NCBI RefSeq assembly: GCF_001194135.2
Contig: NC_068994.1
Location: forward strand, 31,330,184-31,394,183
Source: Octopus bimaculoides
Taxonomy: Eukaryota
DNA length: 64,000 bases
Direction of reading: 5' to 3'
Shown here: positions 26,091 to 37,660 of the stretch, piece after piece
How the letters are laid out: each line of letters starts with the position of its first letter
Position numbering within the stretch: position 1 is the first letter of the stretch
Notes under the pieces: model-generated
What the model saw: the letters and a program-made list of their open reading frames with translations, nothing else
Databases searched by the model: none
What the model was told of the DNA's origin: nothing
Program-made: the position numbers and the translations under genes

Positions 26091-26978
26091 GCTTTGATCA
26101 TAAAACCTGTTCGGTCTGGGCTTGCCTGTTGTCAGATATCAACAACAAAATGTGACTATTTACTTATAATCAACTGTTCGTATAAGCGACAAGTATTTTG
26201 GAAGAGACAATCCCTATAAACAAAGGATTTGTTACAAAATTATTATAATAAGATACTGTATTTGATGGCATTTAAGTTGCATTCACCCCATCTCTCAGAT
26301 GTTTCAAAAAGTCGCCCCGGGTCCTGTATGCGAATTTGGGCTTCCTTTAAGCTTTAATGCACTTAGCACTGAAGATGCGTTACTGAAACCGACACACCCT
26401 TGCGTCTTTTATGCCATCAAATATGGTAAGTAAAGTTGTTTAACTAGAGATCAAAACATCGATCCATTTCTATTGTGATTATCCCGTCTTTTAAGGGGCG
26501 TGAAGACTACCCATTTTTAAAATTATTTATTTAACAAAGGTGTATGGTGAAAGTGGTTGTCTGCTATTTCTAATGAGTTCTGACAGTATTTTAGTGAACA
26601 TGTCACTTGTTTAAAATTTCGAAGCTCACAATTATGTCTCCAATAAGATAACGTTGAATATTTTCATGTAGAATAAAGTTGGGATAGTTGTCCGAAAACC
26701 ATCATAGGTGTTGTTTGGTCAGTCCCAGGTCAACCCTATTGATCAAAGGCATTCTAGAACAGCATAAATTTTGGTCATGCAGTACAGTAACCAAATTGGC
26801 TGCCTCTCTTCAATATAACAAACCTTCAACTACAGCAAACACATGTATATTAAAGGGCCGACTTGTGTGGTTCATGCACCCAACGCTACGCAATGGCCAC
26901 ACCAGGCTACTCTCGGGCATTACATATCTAGGACTACATTATTAATGTTACTTATACCCTTCCCCTTTTGCATCTGAG

Positions 26979-27638
26979 CAGTGGTGGCGCTGCTTCAGAA
27001 AATTTTTAGCTGTTTTGATATCGTGTAAAAGGAAACAAACATATAAAAAGGATATTTATACATAAGTTTGATCGGTTCTCATTTTAGCCACTGCTTGGTA
27101 GTGTGTTTAATTTATTCACTGAACACCAACGTGAATTCCCCCTTGTTTTTCAAAAATCCCCCCTAAATCATAAAATAAGGGGGAAAATGTGCCCTATATT
27201 TCAAATCCTGGCAGCAACACTGAAGCTGGAAGCAGGATAATAATCTAATTCTACACTATCACATTCAAGAATATAAACACGTTTTTAAGCAGAACACATG
27301 CAGAGTCAAAAAGAAACACTACCTTTCACCAGAACACCAGGGTCAGCACTGTCGTTCATGCATTGCTCTCTTTCCCTAGCATGATGCTTCCTATCTTGGA
27401 CATGTGGGCATGCACACAACAGCCAAACACCGCGTTGCTGTAACTGTGAAATGCAGTTTTTTGTATTTTTTCATAAACTAGGGGATGGCTACTGACATTA
27501 AGCTTAAGGATTATATAATGTACAAGTATAAAGAAAGAATTAAAGAAAAAGGGACTCATTATATTGAATGTTATCAATAATATCGAGTGGAAATAGGGTG
27601 TGCTGCAGTTCCGCGGAGTCTATACACGAGCTCCACTG
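26979..27638 (+). mobile_element. hAT-like MITE, copy B
   Basis: CAGTGGTGGC ... GAGCTCCACTG; reverse complement of 44888-45566. Confidence 0.75.
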
Positions 27639-28499
27639 GTGATGGGGAAGGGGTGAAATTTTGAATTTTTTTTTTTTTTTTTTTTTTTTTTGCATATTCG
27701 TAATCTCCGACTTAGGAATCCGAAGAACTTTTTTCAAAACAATGCAATTTTGAAGGTAATGTGTGAAACTGCATTAGGCCCCATTTTTTATACCTGCATT
27801 ACACTTCTTAGCTAATGACCTGCTTACCTTTATGTCGTTGGAGGTAAAGTTCGTTGTTTACATTCAGACTCAAGCTATCGTGCACGGTTACATAGTTAGA
27901 AACCTGGAGCAGAACGTAGATTCGTATTTGGCTAAGCTTGTATATGAATCAAAACAACGACAGTTTAACATCTTGTGTTTCACTCTTACAAATGCAGAAA
28001 CACAAACGTAATTATGTTTACTGTCAGAATTGATACCGCGCCGGACAAAATACTTAGTGGCATTTCTTCCAGTCCTTTATGTTCTGAATTCAAATGCTGC
28101 CGAGGTTGACTTTACTTTCATCTTTTCAGGGTCGATGAAATAAGTACCAGTCGAGCACCGGGGTCGATGTAATTGACTAGCCCCTCCATTAATAAAATTT
28201 AAGGCCTTATGCTTATTGTAGAAAGGAATAAAAATGATGAAGGTGGTGGTGATGATGATGATGTAAACTACAAATATACAAGAGGTTATGAAAATGATAT
28301 TTCATAAACATACAGGCAAACATTCGTAATGTACAGAAATAGAATTTATCTGTTTGCAAAAACTTTTTGTTTGAAAGAAACAAAACTGAAGAAGGAATCA
28401 TGCAGGGCGAGATATAATCTAATTAGTATTTTCTTGACTTTTTGTATTTATATAATTGAGAAGAACCTCAAATGAAAATGTTCGAAAGCGACCGACTAT

Positions 28500-28832
28500 C
28501 TTTAGTATTAATAGGAGGAGGAGGAGGCGTTGTATGCAAGGGAGGTAACTCTGATTACTCAATGGGTGTGCCGGGTGTCAGAACTAACTTTTAAACTTTA
28601 ACCGACTTATTTATTATTTTATTGTTGTTAATTTACTCCTCTTTCGGACCACAAATATATATTTATGTACATATATATATTCTATCGGAACCAAATACTT
28701 CAACAAAAATATATACAAACTTTTTCTTTTATTTCACATTTTCTATTAAAACTTTCTCGAGTGTGGAAAAAAAAACAAAACAAAAACAACAGGAAGGAAA
28801 CTGTTGCGGAAAATGACCGACTTAAGGTAATA
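28500..28832 (+). promoter_or_regulatory. Possible promoter / first exon of ZNF-C
   Basis: CpG-retaining patch with donor-like GAG|GTAACT (28544|28545) and AAG|GTAATA (28826|28827) upstream of the ZNF-C acceptor. Confidence 0.3.
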
Positions 28833-30569
28833 ACCTACTTCCGTAGTTTCTATAACTTTTTTTTCATATTTTACATTTTCACTTCAATCTTCATACCGAA
28901 AGAACTGAAGAAAAAAATATGACTAAACTTTAATAATATTTTATTTGTATTTTTTCCAATAACTTTTGGCGTTACTCATTCTTCAGTAGTTACATAAAAC
29001 TTCGTAAGAAGTTTCCTGTTAGCAAATGGCAAAATTTAGCTAAAACAGTGTGGGAACATATTTATTTATTTCTGCTTGTGTCTTAATTTGTTTTAGATAC
29101 TTTTATTTTTATTGGATGTTTTTGCTTGTCATTTTTTTATATAAATATATAAATTTTTTCTTTTGTTTTTAAATCGGACAGTTGCGGATTTTTGTACGTT
29201 TCGCCTACGATCATGTAGATTTGTACTTGTAATCCTAACTGAATTTAAGCATGGAATAAGGACTGGAAAGTGGTAGGTACAATTCTAAATTTATACTTAT
29301 ACCTTTTAGAAAGAGAAATTGTTATCTAGTAGTGGTGACAACTTGTCGGAATTTGTTGTTTGGGAAACTTTTGGCGAATGTCCTTGCGATTGTTTCGATG
29401 TCTGCAAAAACTTTAGATAGCTACGAAGTTTTTGCTGACAGCTGAAACTTTAGTGTACGTATTTGTGCAGATGCATATGTTTGCATGTAGAGGTATGGCT
29501 ATCAATGTGCTTATACATATTTGTGTGTTTTTAATCAGGGTTACTGTTGCCTAGAATAGAAAATACAATAAAATCATTGTTTGCCCGTCTGCTACTGAAC
29601 GAAAGTTGTAAATTTATACGCAGGTTGGTTCCAAAACGGAAGGAAAAAGGGAACAGGTGTTAATTCAGAATACAATGGAAAGTTGACCAAGTTATTACGA
29701 CTGAAACTTGTGCAATAAATTAATTCTGAAAAAATATATAAATTTCAAGGAAAATATTTTACAAGCACCACATAAGTTTAGTTCTGATTCAGCGATTGTT
29801 CTTTTCTGCGCTATCAGCAACAACACCCCATTCACTGGAGTTTTGTTTCTCTCTCTCTCTTTCTTCACATCACTCCACGTTTCCAGAATTCATTATGGGT
29901 GTTGTTACCAGACTGTATTATTTTTCGTAAAAATTAAAACACGTTTCCCCCTCCCCTCGAGTATCTTAATTCAGCTTAATCGTTTCCACATCACTTTGAT
30001 ACTTTTTCTGCTATACCCTGTACTCCTGTGCTTTTAGTAATTCTTATTATGAATTTCGATTAAACAATGTACAGAATTGTAAGCATAAAATAAGAAGAGA
30101 AAAATTGAACTTGAAAAGTTTATATACGACTTTTATTGATTGTATTGATAGTTAAAAGTATCGATACAATCGGTGCAAATCATATATTTCCGCTGTAACT
30201 ATCCAAAATAATTTCAAACTGTTTGGATTGCTTTTCATTTATCATATTTTGTTAAGAGTTATTTTTATTTCCTGGCTCTTATTTGATCAGTCTGCCAGTT
30301 TTATAATTAAAATTAAACTAACTTTTGTTCGTCTTTCGGAAACCAACATTCACATCACTGCCTCTTCTGGTCAGTAGCAGACAGCAAGCTGCTAGGAAAT
30401 CGTTTTCCCTTATATTCAAGTCCTAGGCGTTTGAATGTGCATGTATAAGCACACATACACACACACACACATCTATCACACGAGGTGTGTGTGTAATACC
30501 AAAATTCCCCCCAAATTTAGGAATATACCTTTACTAGTTGGTAATAATGTAATATATGTATATAGTGAT

Positions 30570-30875
30570 GGTGCATGGCTTAGGGCATTCGCTTCTCGAT
30601 CGTAAGGTCGTGAGTTAGATTCCCGACTTCGCATTCTGTCCTTGAGCAAGATACTTTATTTCACGCTCCAGTCCATTCTACTGGCAAAAATGAGTTGTAC
30701 CTATAATTGAAAGGGCTTTGATACATTTTGTGTCACGCTGAATCTCCCTGAAAACTATGTTAAGAGTATGAATGTCTGTTAAATTGCTCAGCTACTTGCA
30801 CGTTAATTTCACGAACGAGCAGGTCTGTTGATCAGAATAATTGGAACATTGGGCGTTGAGGGCGAAGGAGTGTCA
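30570..30875 (+). mobile_element. tRNA-derived SINE, family C
   Basis: tRNA-like head, then CCTTGAGCAAGATACTTTATTTCACG..CTCCAGTCCA..CTGGCAAAAATGAG. Other copies at about 5820, 15100, 19320, 38950, 50410 and 53605. Confidence 0.75.
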
Positions 30876-30880
30876 AGCAT

Positions 30881-32680
30881 ATCATCATCATCATCATCAT
30901 TGTCGTTTAATGTCCGCTTTCCATGCTGGCATGGGTTGGACGGCTTGACTGAGGGCTGGCAAGCCAGAAGGCTGCACCAGGCTCCAGTCTGATCTGACAG
31001 AGTTTCTACAGCTGGATACCCTTCCTAACACCAACCACTCCCGAGAGTATAGTGGGTGCTTTTTACGTGCCACTGGCACGAGGGCCAGTCAGGCGGCACT
31101 GGTAACGATCATGCTCGAATAGTGCTTTTTACGTGCCACCGGCACGGGGCCAGTCAGGCGGTACTAGCATCGACCACGCTTGAATGGTGCTTTTTATGTG
31201 CCACCAGCATGGGTGCCAATTAGGTGGTACTGTCATCGGTCACGACAGTGACTTCACTTGACTCAACAGGTCTTCGCAAGTACAGTTTATTGCCCAATGA
31301 TTCAAGGGTACTCTTAAATGGGCTCGTTATGCTGCACGGGCATAGGCCACGGTTACGGTCTCACTTGGCTTGCTGGGTTTTCTCAAACACAGCATATGTC
31401 CAAAGGTCTCGGTCACTTGTTATCGCCTCCATGAGGCCCAATGTTTGAAGATCGTGCTTCATCACATCATCCCAGGTCTTCCTGGGTCTACCTCTTCCAC
31501 AGGTTCACTCTACTGCTAGGGTGTGACACATTTTCACACACCTCCTCATCCATACACAACACATGACCATACTATTCTTATTCTAGCAGCTACATTTTCA
31601 GAGCATCCGGTCACCTAATTAATGGAAGCTATCAACTACTTCTAGTTTTTCCCCCTGGCATGTGACGGAAGCTGTTTTCTGCACATTTTCAGTGTTTATT
31701 ACCCCTGAGCATTTGCCACACACAAGAACTATCATCCCAGTTAGCCTTCTTTGATATTGCTGCACCTCTTATGTGTCCATAGCTTACACCGAGTACATCT
31801 TATGGAGTTTCTACCTACCCCTTTTCTACAAATCAAGCAGGGCCATCTACCTGAAGGGGTTTGTGATTTGTCTGCCTTCCTGCTTATTAAGACTTTGGTT
31901 TTTGCTAGATTAACTCTAAGGCTCCTCAATTCTAGACCTTGCTTTCACACCTGAAACTTCTCCTCCAGTTCTGATAGTGACTCAGCAATTAGTGCAAGGT
32001 CATCAGCATAGAGGAGCTCCCAGGGGAATCTTGTCTTGAATTCCTCTGTTATTGCCTGGAGGACTATGATGAATAAGAGGGGACTGAGGACTGATCCTTG
32101 GTGGACCCCTACTCGGAATTCTTCACTATACTCATTGCCAACCCTCACCTTACTGACAGCATCCCTGTATGTGGCTTGTACAGCTCTCACTAACCACTCA
32201 TCTATCCCTAGTTTCTGCATTGACCACCAGATAAGGGATTGGGGGACCCTGTCAAAGGATTTGTCAATGTCAACAAGAGCCAGATTCAGAGGTTTATCTT
32301 TGGCTAGATATTTCTCCTGCAGCTATCCTACCTGAAATATAGCATCGGTGATGCTTTTCCCTGGCACAAACCCAGACTGTATCTCATCTAAACTGACTCT
32401 CTCCCTAATTAGTTGGGCTATAACCCTCTCCGTGACTTTCATTACCTGATCCAACAACTTGATACCTCTGTAATTGTTCATACCTTTGTAGCAGTTGACT
32501 ATGGTGCTGTTACACCAGTCATTGGGTATGACTTCTTCATGTATCACCTGATTGACTGTACAGGTGACTAGACTATAGCCAACACCACCAGGTATTTTAA
32601 GCATCTCTGCAGTGATTCCTGATGGGCCAGGGGAATAATTTTACTTCCTTATCACATTTCATGGTGCTTATTGGAAAATC
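30881..32680 (-). mobile_element. Decayed RTE-clade LINE (RT, Cys-rich C-terminal region, 3' UTR, (ATC)n tail)
   Basis: Fragments NYRGIKLLDQVMKV, GVHQGSVLSPLLF, ELLYADDLAL, CLICRKGVGRNSIRCTRCKLWTHKRC and GRGRPRKTW lie across several frames. Confidence 0.93.
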
Positions 32681-33212
32681 GAAACTCCAAGTTGTCTGAT
32701 TCTAGTGAAGCAACTACACATATTGTGGAGGTAACTATTCAGTATGCAGGCAATTACTGTATATATCATTTGAGAGTGAAAACTTACAAAAATTCCCATC
32801 AGTGGGTTTGTTGTTCTGCTTCAGTCTGAAAAAGATGTTTATATAAAATATTAGCAGTTAACTTTTTATAACTTATATATGTCTGTTTATGTTTGTATTG
32901 CTATTTTTTTGCGATTTTTTTTTCAATTCCATAATTGAGAGACTCAATAATTAGATATCAATAGGATTGTAGTTCCAGCCTGGATTAAGTACTGGGGCTG
33001 AGATGATTACTTAAAAAACTTTGTAGGCATTGCCCTTACATGGTTGTAATCTAATAACTGAAGTTAGCAAAAAAAATTTAAAGGCTACAAATAAAAAACA
33101 GGATAATTGAAATTAACAGTTAGTTTCATTAACATTGATTTATTTCTTGTCATTCCTACTTATTGTTTTGTTAATTTTTGTATTTTTTTATTTGTTTAAT
33201 AGAATATCCAGC

Positions 33213-34088
33213 ATGGAGGATCCACCAGAATTACAAATTATTTTCAAAGCAGATCCTTCATTGGAAACTCAGTTCTTAAAATCAACCAAAGTAGCCTCTG
33301 TGAAAAGGACCCATGTCTGTGATATTTGTGAAAAGACATTTTCCCAGAAGAATACTCTAGTTTTGCACATCAGGACACATACTGGTGATCGACCTTACCA
33401 CTGTCAAGTATGTGGTAGAGGTTTCTCAGCCAGCTGCTCTTTGAAAAAACATGTAAGGATTCACACAGGAGAAAAACCCTATAAGTGCAATGACTGTGGC
33501 AAATGCTTTTCCCAGAATAGTCACCTGATCCTTCATATGAGGACACATACAGGAGACAGGCCATACCAGTGCAGCCTCTGTGAAAAACGGTTTTCCTACA
33601 GCAGTTCTTTCAAGAAACATATGAGAATACACACTGGTGAGAAGCCTTTCCGGTGTGAAGTTTGTCAAAAGAGTCTCTCTGACAATAGTGCCCTGAAACA
33701 GCATATCAAAACGCACACAGGTGAGAAACCATACCAGTGTGAAGACTGTGGCAAGAGTTTCTCATTGAGCATTGACTTGATCAGACACATTCGCACCCAC
33801 ACCAAAGAAACTCCATATCATTGTGAGGTGTGTGCTAGGAGTTTCTCTGTCAACAGCAATCTCAGGCAACATATGCGAACACACACAGGAGAGACACCCT
33901 ACCCCTGTGATATCTGTGGCAAGCGATTTTCTCGAAACAGTACACTAGTCCGCCACATCAAAACACATACAGGTGACAGACCATATACTTGTGAAATCTG
34001 CCAGAAGAATTTCTCTCAGAATAGCCATCTTATACGACACATGAAAATTCACAAGGTAAAACCTGTTGCAATAGATAAAACAGTTTGA
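33213..34088 (+). CDS. ZNF-C: C2H2 zinc-finger protein, 291 aa, 9 fingers
   Basis: Intact finger array. Acceptor TTTGTTTAATAG| at 33202, so the track ORF's first residues are intronic and the likely start is MEDPPEL at 33213. AATAAA at 34363-34368. Confidence 0.95.
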   Translation: MEDPPELQIIFKADPSLETQFLKSTKVASVKRTHVCDICEKTFSQKNTLVLHIRTHTGDRPYHCQVCGRGFSASCSLKKHVRIHTGEKPYKCNDCGKCFSQNSHLILHMRTHTGDRPYQCSLCEKRFSYSSSFKKHMRIHTGEKPFRCEVCQKSLSDNSALKQHIKTHTGEKPYQCEDCGKSFSLSIDLIRHIRTHTKETPYHCEVCARSFSVNSNLRQHMRTHTGETPYPCDICGKRFSRNSTLVRHIKTHTGDRPYTCEICQKNFSQNSHLIRHMKIHKVKPVAIDKTV

Positions 34089-34464
34089 TATACATATATG
34101 TATATTGATAAAACAATCATAAATAATTTTTATTTATAATCTAAAGAAAGAAGTGTTTATATATTTTTTTTAAACTATAAGGTAAGAGAGGTATAACTCA
34201 CACCTTGGTGCCTTACACTCTTTCTCTTCTGTCTATTTTTAATCTCCATTCTCTCATGTATATATATATATTATATTGTTAATGTTGAACATTATGTACC
34301 CCTTTGAAGAATTATATTGTCTTGTTACTGGGGTCAGCTTAGTCTTCTATTTATCTAGAGCCAATAAAATGAACATCAGTAACATAATGGGGGTAAATTC
34401 AATACACCCTATTATATAACTATTCTATATTTGTTTTGAGATGAGGAATTATGTACATTATTTA

Positions 34465-35935
34465 CAATGGATGGATAGGTGTCCTCATCTTGTTTGTTGT
34501 TATCACATTTCAGCTGATGTATTCTCTAGCCTTCATCGGGTGTTCTAGTGGAATTTCGAACCCAACCCTTTATTTGATTGATGGGGTACACTGTTTTCAT
34601 TCCTAAGGTATGTAGCTGATGTTATTTTTCTGTTGATATTATTTTCCAAGTCCCTGCCTGGGATTGAACTTAGAATCCGAGGGTCAGTAGCCCACGCTTT
34701 TATCCACTATGCTATATGCTTGTGGGCAATTATAGAGTAAATCTTTTAGGGCTTATAAACCTGGTATTTTATCTTTTAATACTGGTTCCCATATTACATT
34801 CATATCTACACCAGGTCTGCTTAGGAGGTTATTGTGTCCTAGCATATGTGCAGCCTCTTCTAATTTTCCTATTTTTCAGTGGTGTTCTCTGTCGATTATT
34901 TTAACTTCATCCTACAGTGGGAAGTATACAGTATATTGTATCCACTATAAAGAGAGGGATTGTCGAATGCCTAAACATCAAGCAAGTTTTTTTCTCCAAA
35001 CTTGGAGAGAAAAAAAAACGCAACAAAAATATATTCCTACATATCAGGAAGAAATGATCAAGCTAAGAAACAATCTGCTATGCAACAACTACCCAAAGAA
35101 CATACTATCCACTCTAATTAGGAAGAGGGGAGAGGATGGAACCCATAAACTGAGCACAGTTTGTCTACTCTGTGTCAAAGGCCTCTCAGAAAAGATACAA
35201 AAAGAAAGTGGTCCATATGACATCAGGACAGTATTCAGAAGTAATACAACAGTTTGCAAATATCTTCTCCGAGTAAAACCACCCATAGAAGAGAATATGA
35301 CCAAAAACTGCGTGTACTCTATATCCCATGCAATTGTGGTAGGTTATGCAAAGGCAAAACATGCTGCCCCCTTTAAGTAAAGATAGAGGAACATCGTAAA
35401 GCTCTGACATGAGGAGATGTTGAAAAATCAGGTATAGCTGATCATGTATGGAAAAACAGAGACCACCTCCCACTGTGGGATGAAGTTAAAATAATTAACA
35501 GAGAACAGTACTGGAAAATACGAAAATTAAAAGAGGTTGCACATATGCTCAGACACAATAACCTCCTAAGCAGACCTAGTGCAGATATGAATGTAATATG
35601 GGAACCAGTATTAAAAGATAAAATACTAGGTTTATAAGCCCTAAAAAATTCACAATTGCCCATGGACATATAGCATAGTGGATAAGAGTGTGGGCTACTA
35701 ACCCTTGGTTTCTAAGTTCAATCCATTGCAGGGACTTCGAAAATAATATCAAAAGAAAAATAACATCAGCAACATATCTTACGAATGAGAGAACAGTGTA
35801 CCTCATTAGTCAAATAAAGATTTGAAATTCCACCAGAACACCTGAAGAAGGCTGGAGAGTACATCAGCCGAAATGTTGTGATAACAACAAACAAGGTGAG
35901 GACACCTATCTGTCCATTGTATATAATGTACCTAT
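34465..35935. mobile_element. Penelope-like element: sense GIY-YIG/3' fragment (35036-35935) with an inverted copy of its 3' part (34465-34915)
   Basis: KNCVYSI-(fs)-CNCG..KGKT..EEHRKAL..KSGIADHVW..HLPLWDEVKII is a GIY-YIG endonuclease. The reverse complement of 34465-34915 aligns to 35465-35915. Confidence 0.88.
35837..35882 (+). ncRNA. Minimal type I hammerhead ribozyme motif (probably degenerate) in the Penelope element
   Basis: AACAC-CTGAAGA-A-GGCTG(gagagtacat)CAGCC-GAAA-TGTT-GTGAT: core CUGANGA, 5-bp stem II, GAAA, and stem I CAC/GTG. Confidence 0.65.
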
Positions 35936-36542
35936 TAGTGGTACAGACCCTTTGCTTTGTGCCAAGTCAAAAGATAATTGGGGATTTTTTTCTGTTCCAA
36001 ACTTGGAGAAAAAAAAAACGCAACAAAAATATATTATTACCAACAATAATATGTATTAACTTTCATTGTTCTTCACAGATCCACTTTCAGAACAAGAAAA
36101 TGGAGTCTTCCATATGTTGTAGAGCTAACTCCTCCACCCTGATTGAATGTGATGGGGGTGATGTTAAAAGTGAATGCATAGATTATCGAAGATGTCCAAA
36201 CACATACACACGATTCCTATGTTTAGTATCTCCGTCCACACCCTGAATGGCTGTGCACTTTTCTTCTTGTTTCTCTACCTTGGTATATTACCCACTCGTT
36301 CATTCACTGTCTGCTATACTGCTGCATTTTTGCCAAAGATATCTTTAGGGATGGTTACAGTTTGCAGCAGTTTGAATCAGTGTCTTTGTTTCCATTTCCT
36401 GAAACCCTTCAGTTGGCATGCTAATACTCTTCAGAATAATTGTCACACCTCCTCTACTGATCTTTATAAATCTAGGGCTTTATGTCTACCAACTTTGTGT
36501 TTGTGTATGTTTTTATATGTATATGCTGGATGGATGTGCATG

Positions 36543-36615
<73 letters not shown>

Positions 36616-36620
<5 letters not shown>

Positions 36621-36891
36621 AAATACAGAGATGCCTATAATAGGACATCTAACCCGCTAGAAAGAGCAGCAAAAAACTCTATACCACAAAAATAGGGATA
36701 ATTTCGAAAGGGAATGAAAAATAAAAACATTTACCAATCTATTTTCCATACCATGGTTTCAAGCTATTTTAGCAAACTGTTTTTATTTTTCATTCCCTTT
36801 CAAAATTATCCCTATTTTTGTGGTATAAAGTTTTTTGCTGCTCTTTCTAGCGGGTTAGATGTCCTATTATAGGCATCTCTGTATTTTAAAT
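36616..36891. mobile_element. Young foldback MITE with 114-bp arms and a 48-bp spacer
   Basis: 36616-36729 is the reverse complement of 36778-36891 with 2 mismatches. Inner termini read TA-CAGAGATGCC...GGCATCTCTG-TA (Tc1/mariner-like). Confidence 0.92.
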
Positions 36892-37499
36892 GAATAGTAT
36901 ATAGTATATTGACTAATTTTTATTCTCGCTGGACCACTGGTGGTAAATAAAATTTCTAAAAATTTTTTGCTGCCCTATGATTTATTAATAATGATAAAAT
37001 ATATATATATATGCACACACACACACACACATGTATACTATATATGTAAGTTGCAACTATGTGGGTTTGTGTTCAGTCCCACTGCTCAGCACCTTAGGCA
37101 AGTATCTTCTACTATAGTCTCAGGCCAACCAACGACTTGTGAGGAAATTTGATAAATGGAAACTGTGGAAGCCCATTGTGTGTGTGTGTCATACACACCC
37201 TGCTGGACAACCAGTTGGTTTATTTATGTTCCTTTGTCTTAACAATTCAGCAAAAAAGACTGTAGAATAAATACCAGAATTGAAGTATGTACTGGGGGCA
37301 ATTTTATTGACTAAATGCTTCAAGCAGCATTCCAGTATTGTTGAAGTCAAATGACTGAAAGAAATAAAAGATACATATTATGTGTGTATGTGTGTATATA
37401 CATCTATATATATATAGATGTGCAAACACACACATATTTACATACACATCTACTTTATCCAGCTCTTCCAATGTGATGGACCCAATTTTAGCCACTCAA

Positions 37500-37503
37500 A
37501 TTC

Positions 37504-37534
<31 letters not shown>

Positions 37535-37650
37535 TATGTATATACACACATATATACATATATATATATGCACATATATATACACATTTATATATATACA
37601 CATACACACACATATATATGCTCATATATATTTATATGCACACAAACACT
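37500..37650. repeat. Compound (TA)n/(CA)n microsatellite. Similar tracts at 1-18, 1750-1812, 5700-5815, 36545-36617, 38885-38950 and 57410-57535
   Basis: Dinucleotide runs seen directly. Confidence 0.95.
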
Positions 37651-37660
37651 AGGTAGTCTT

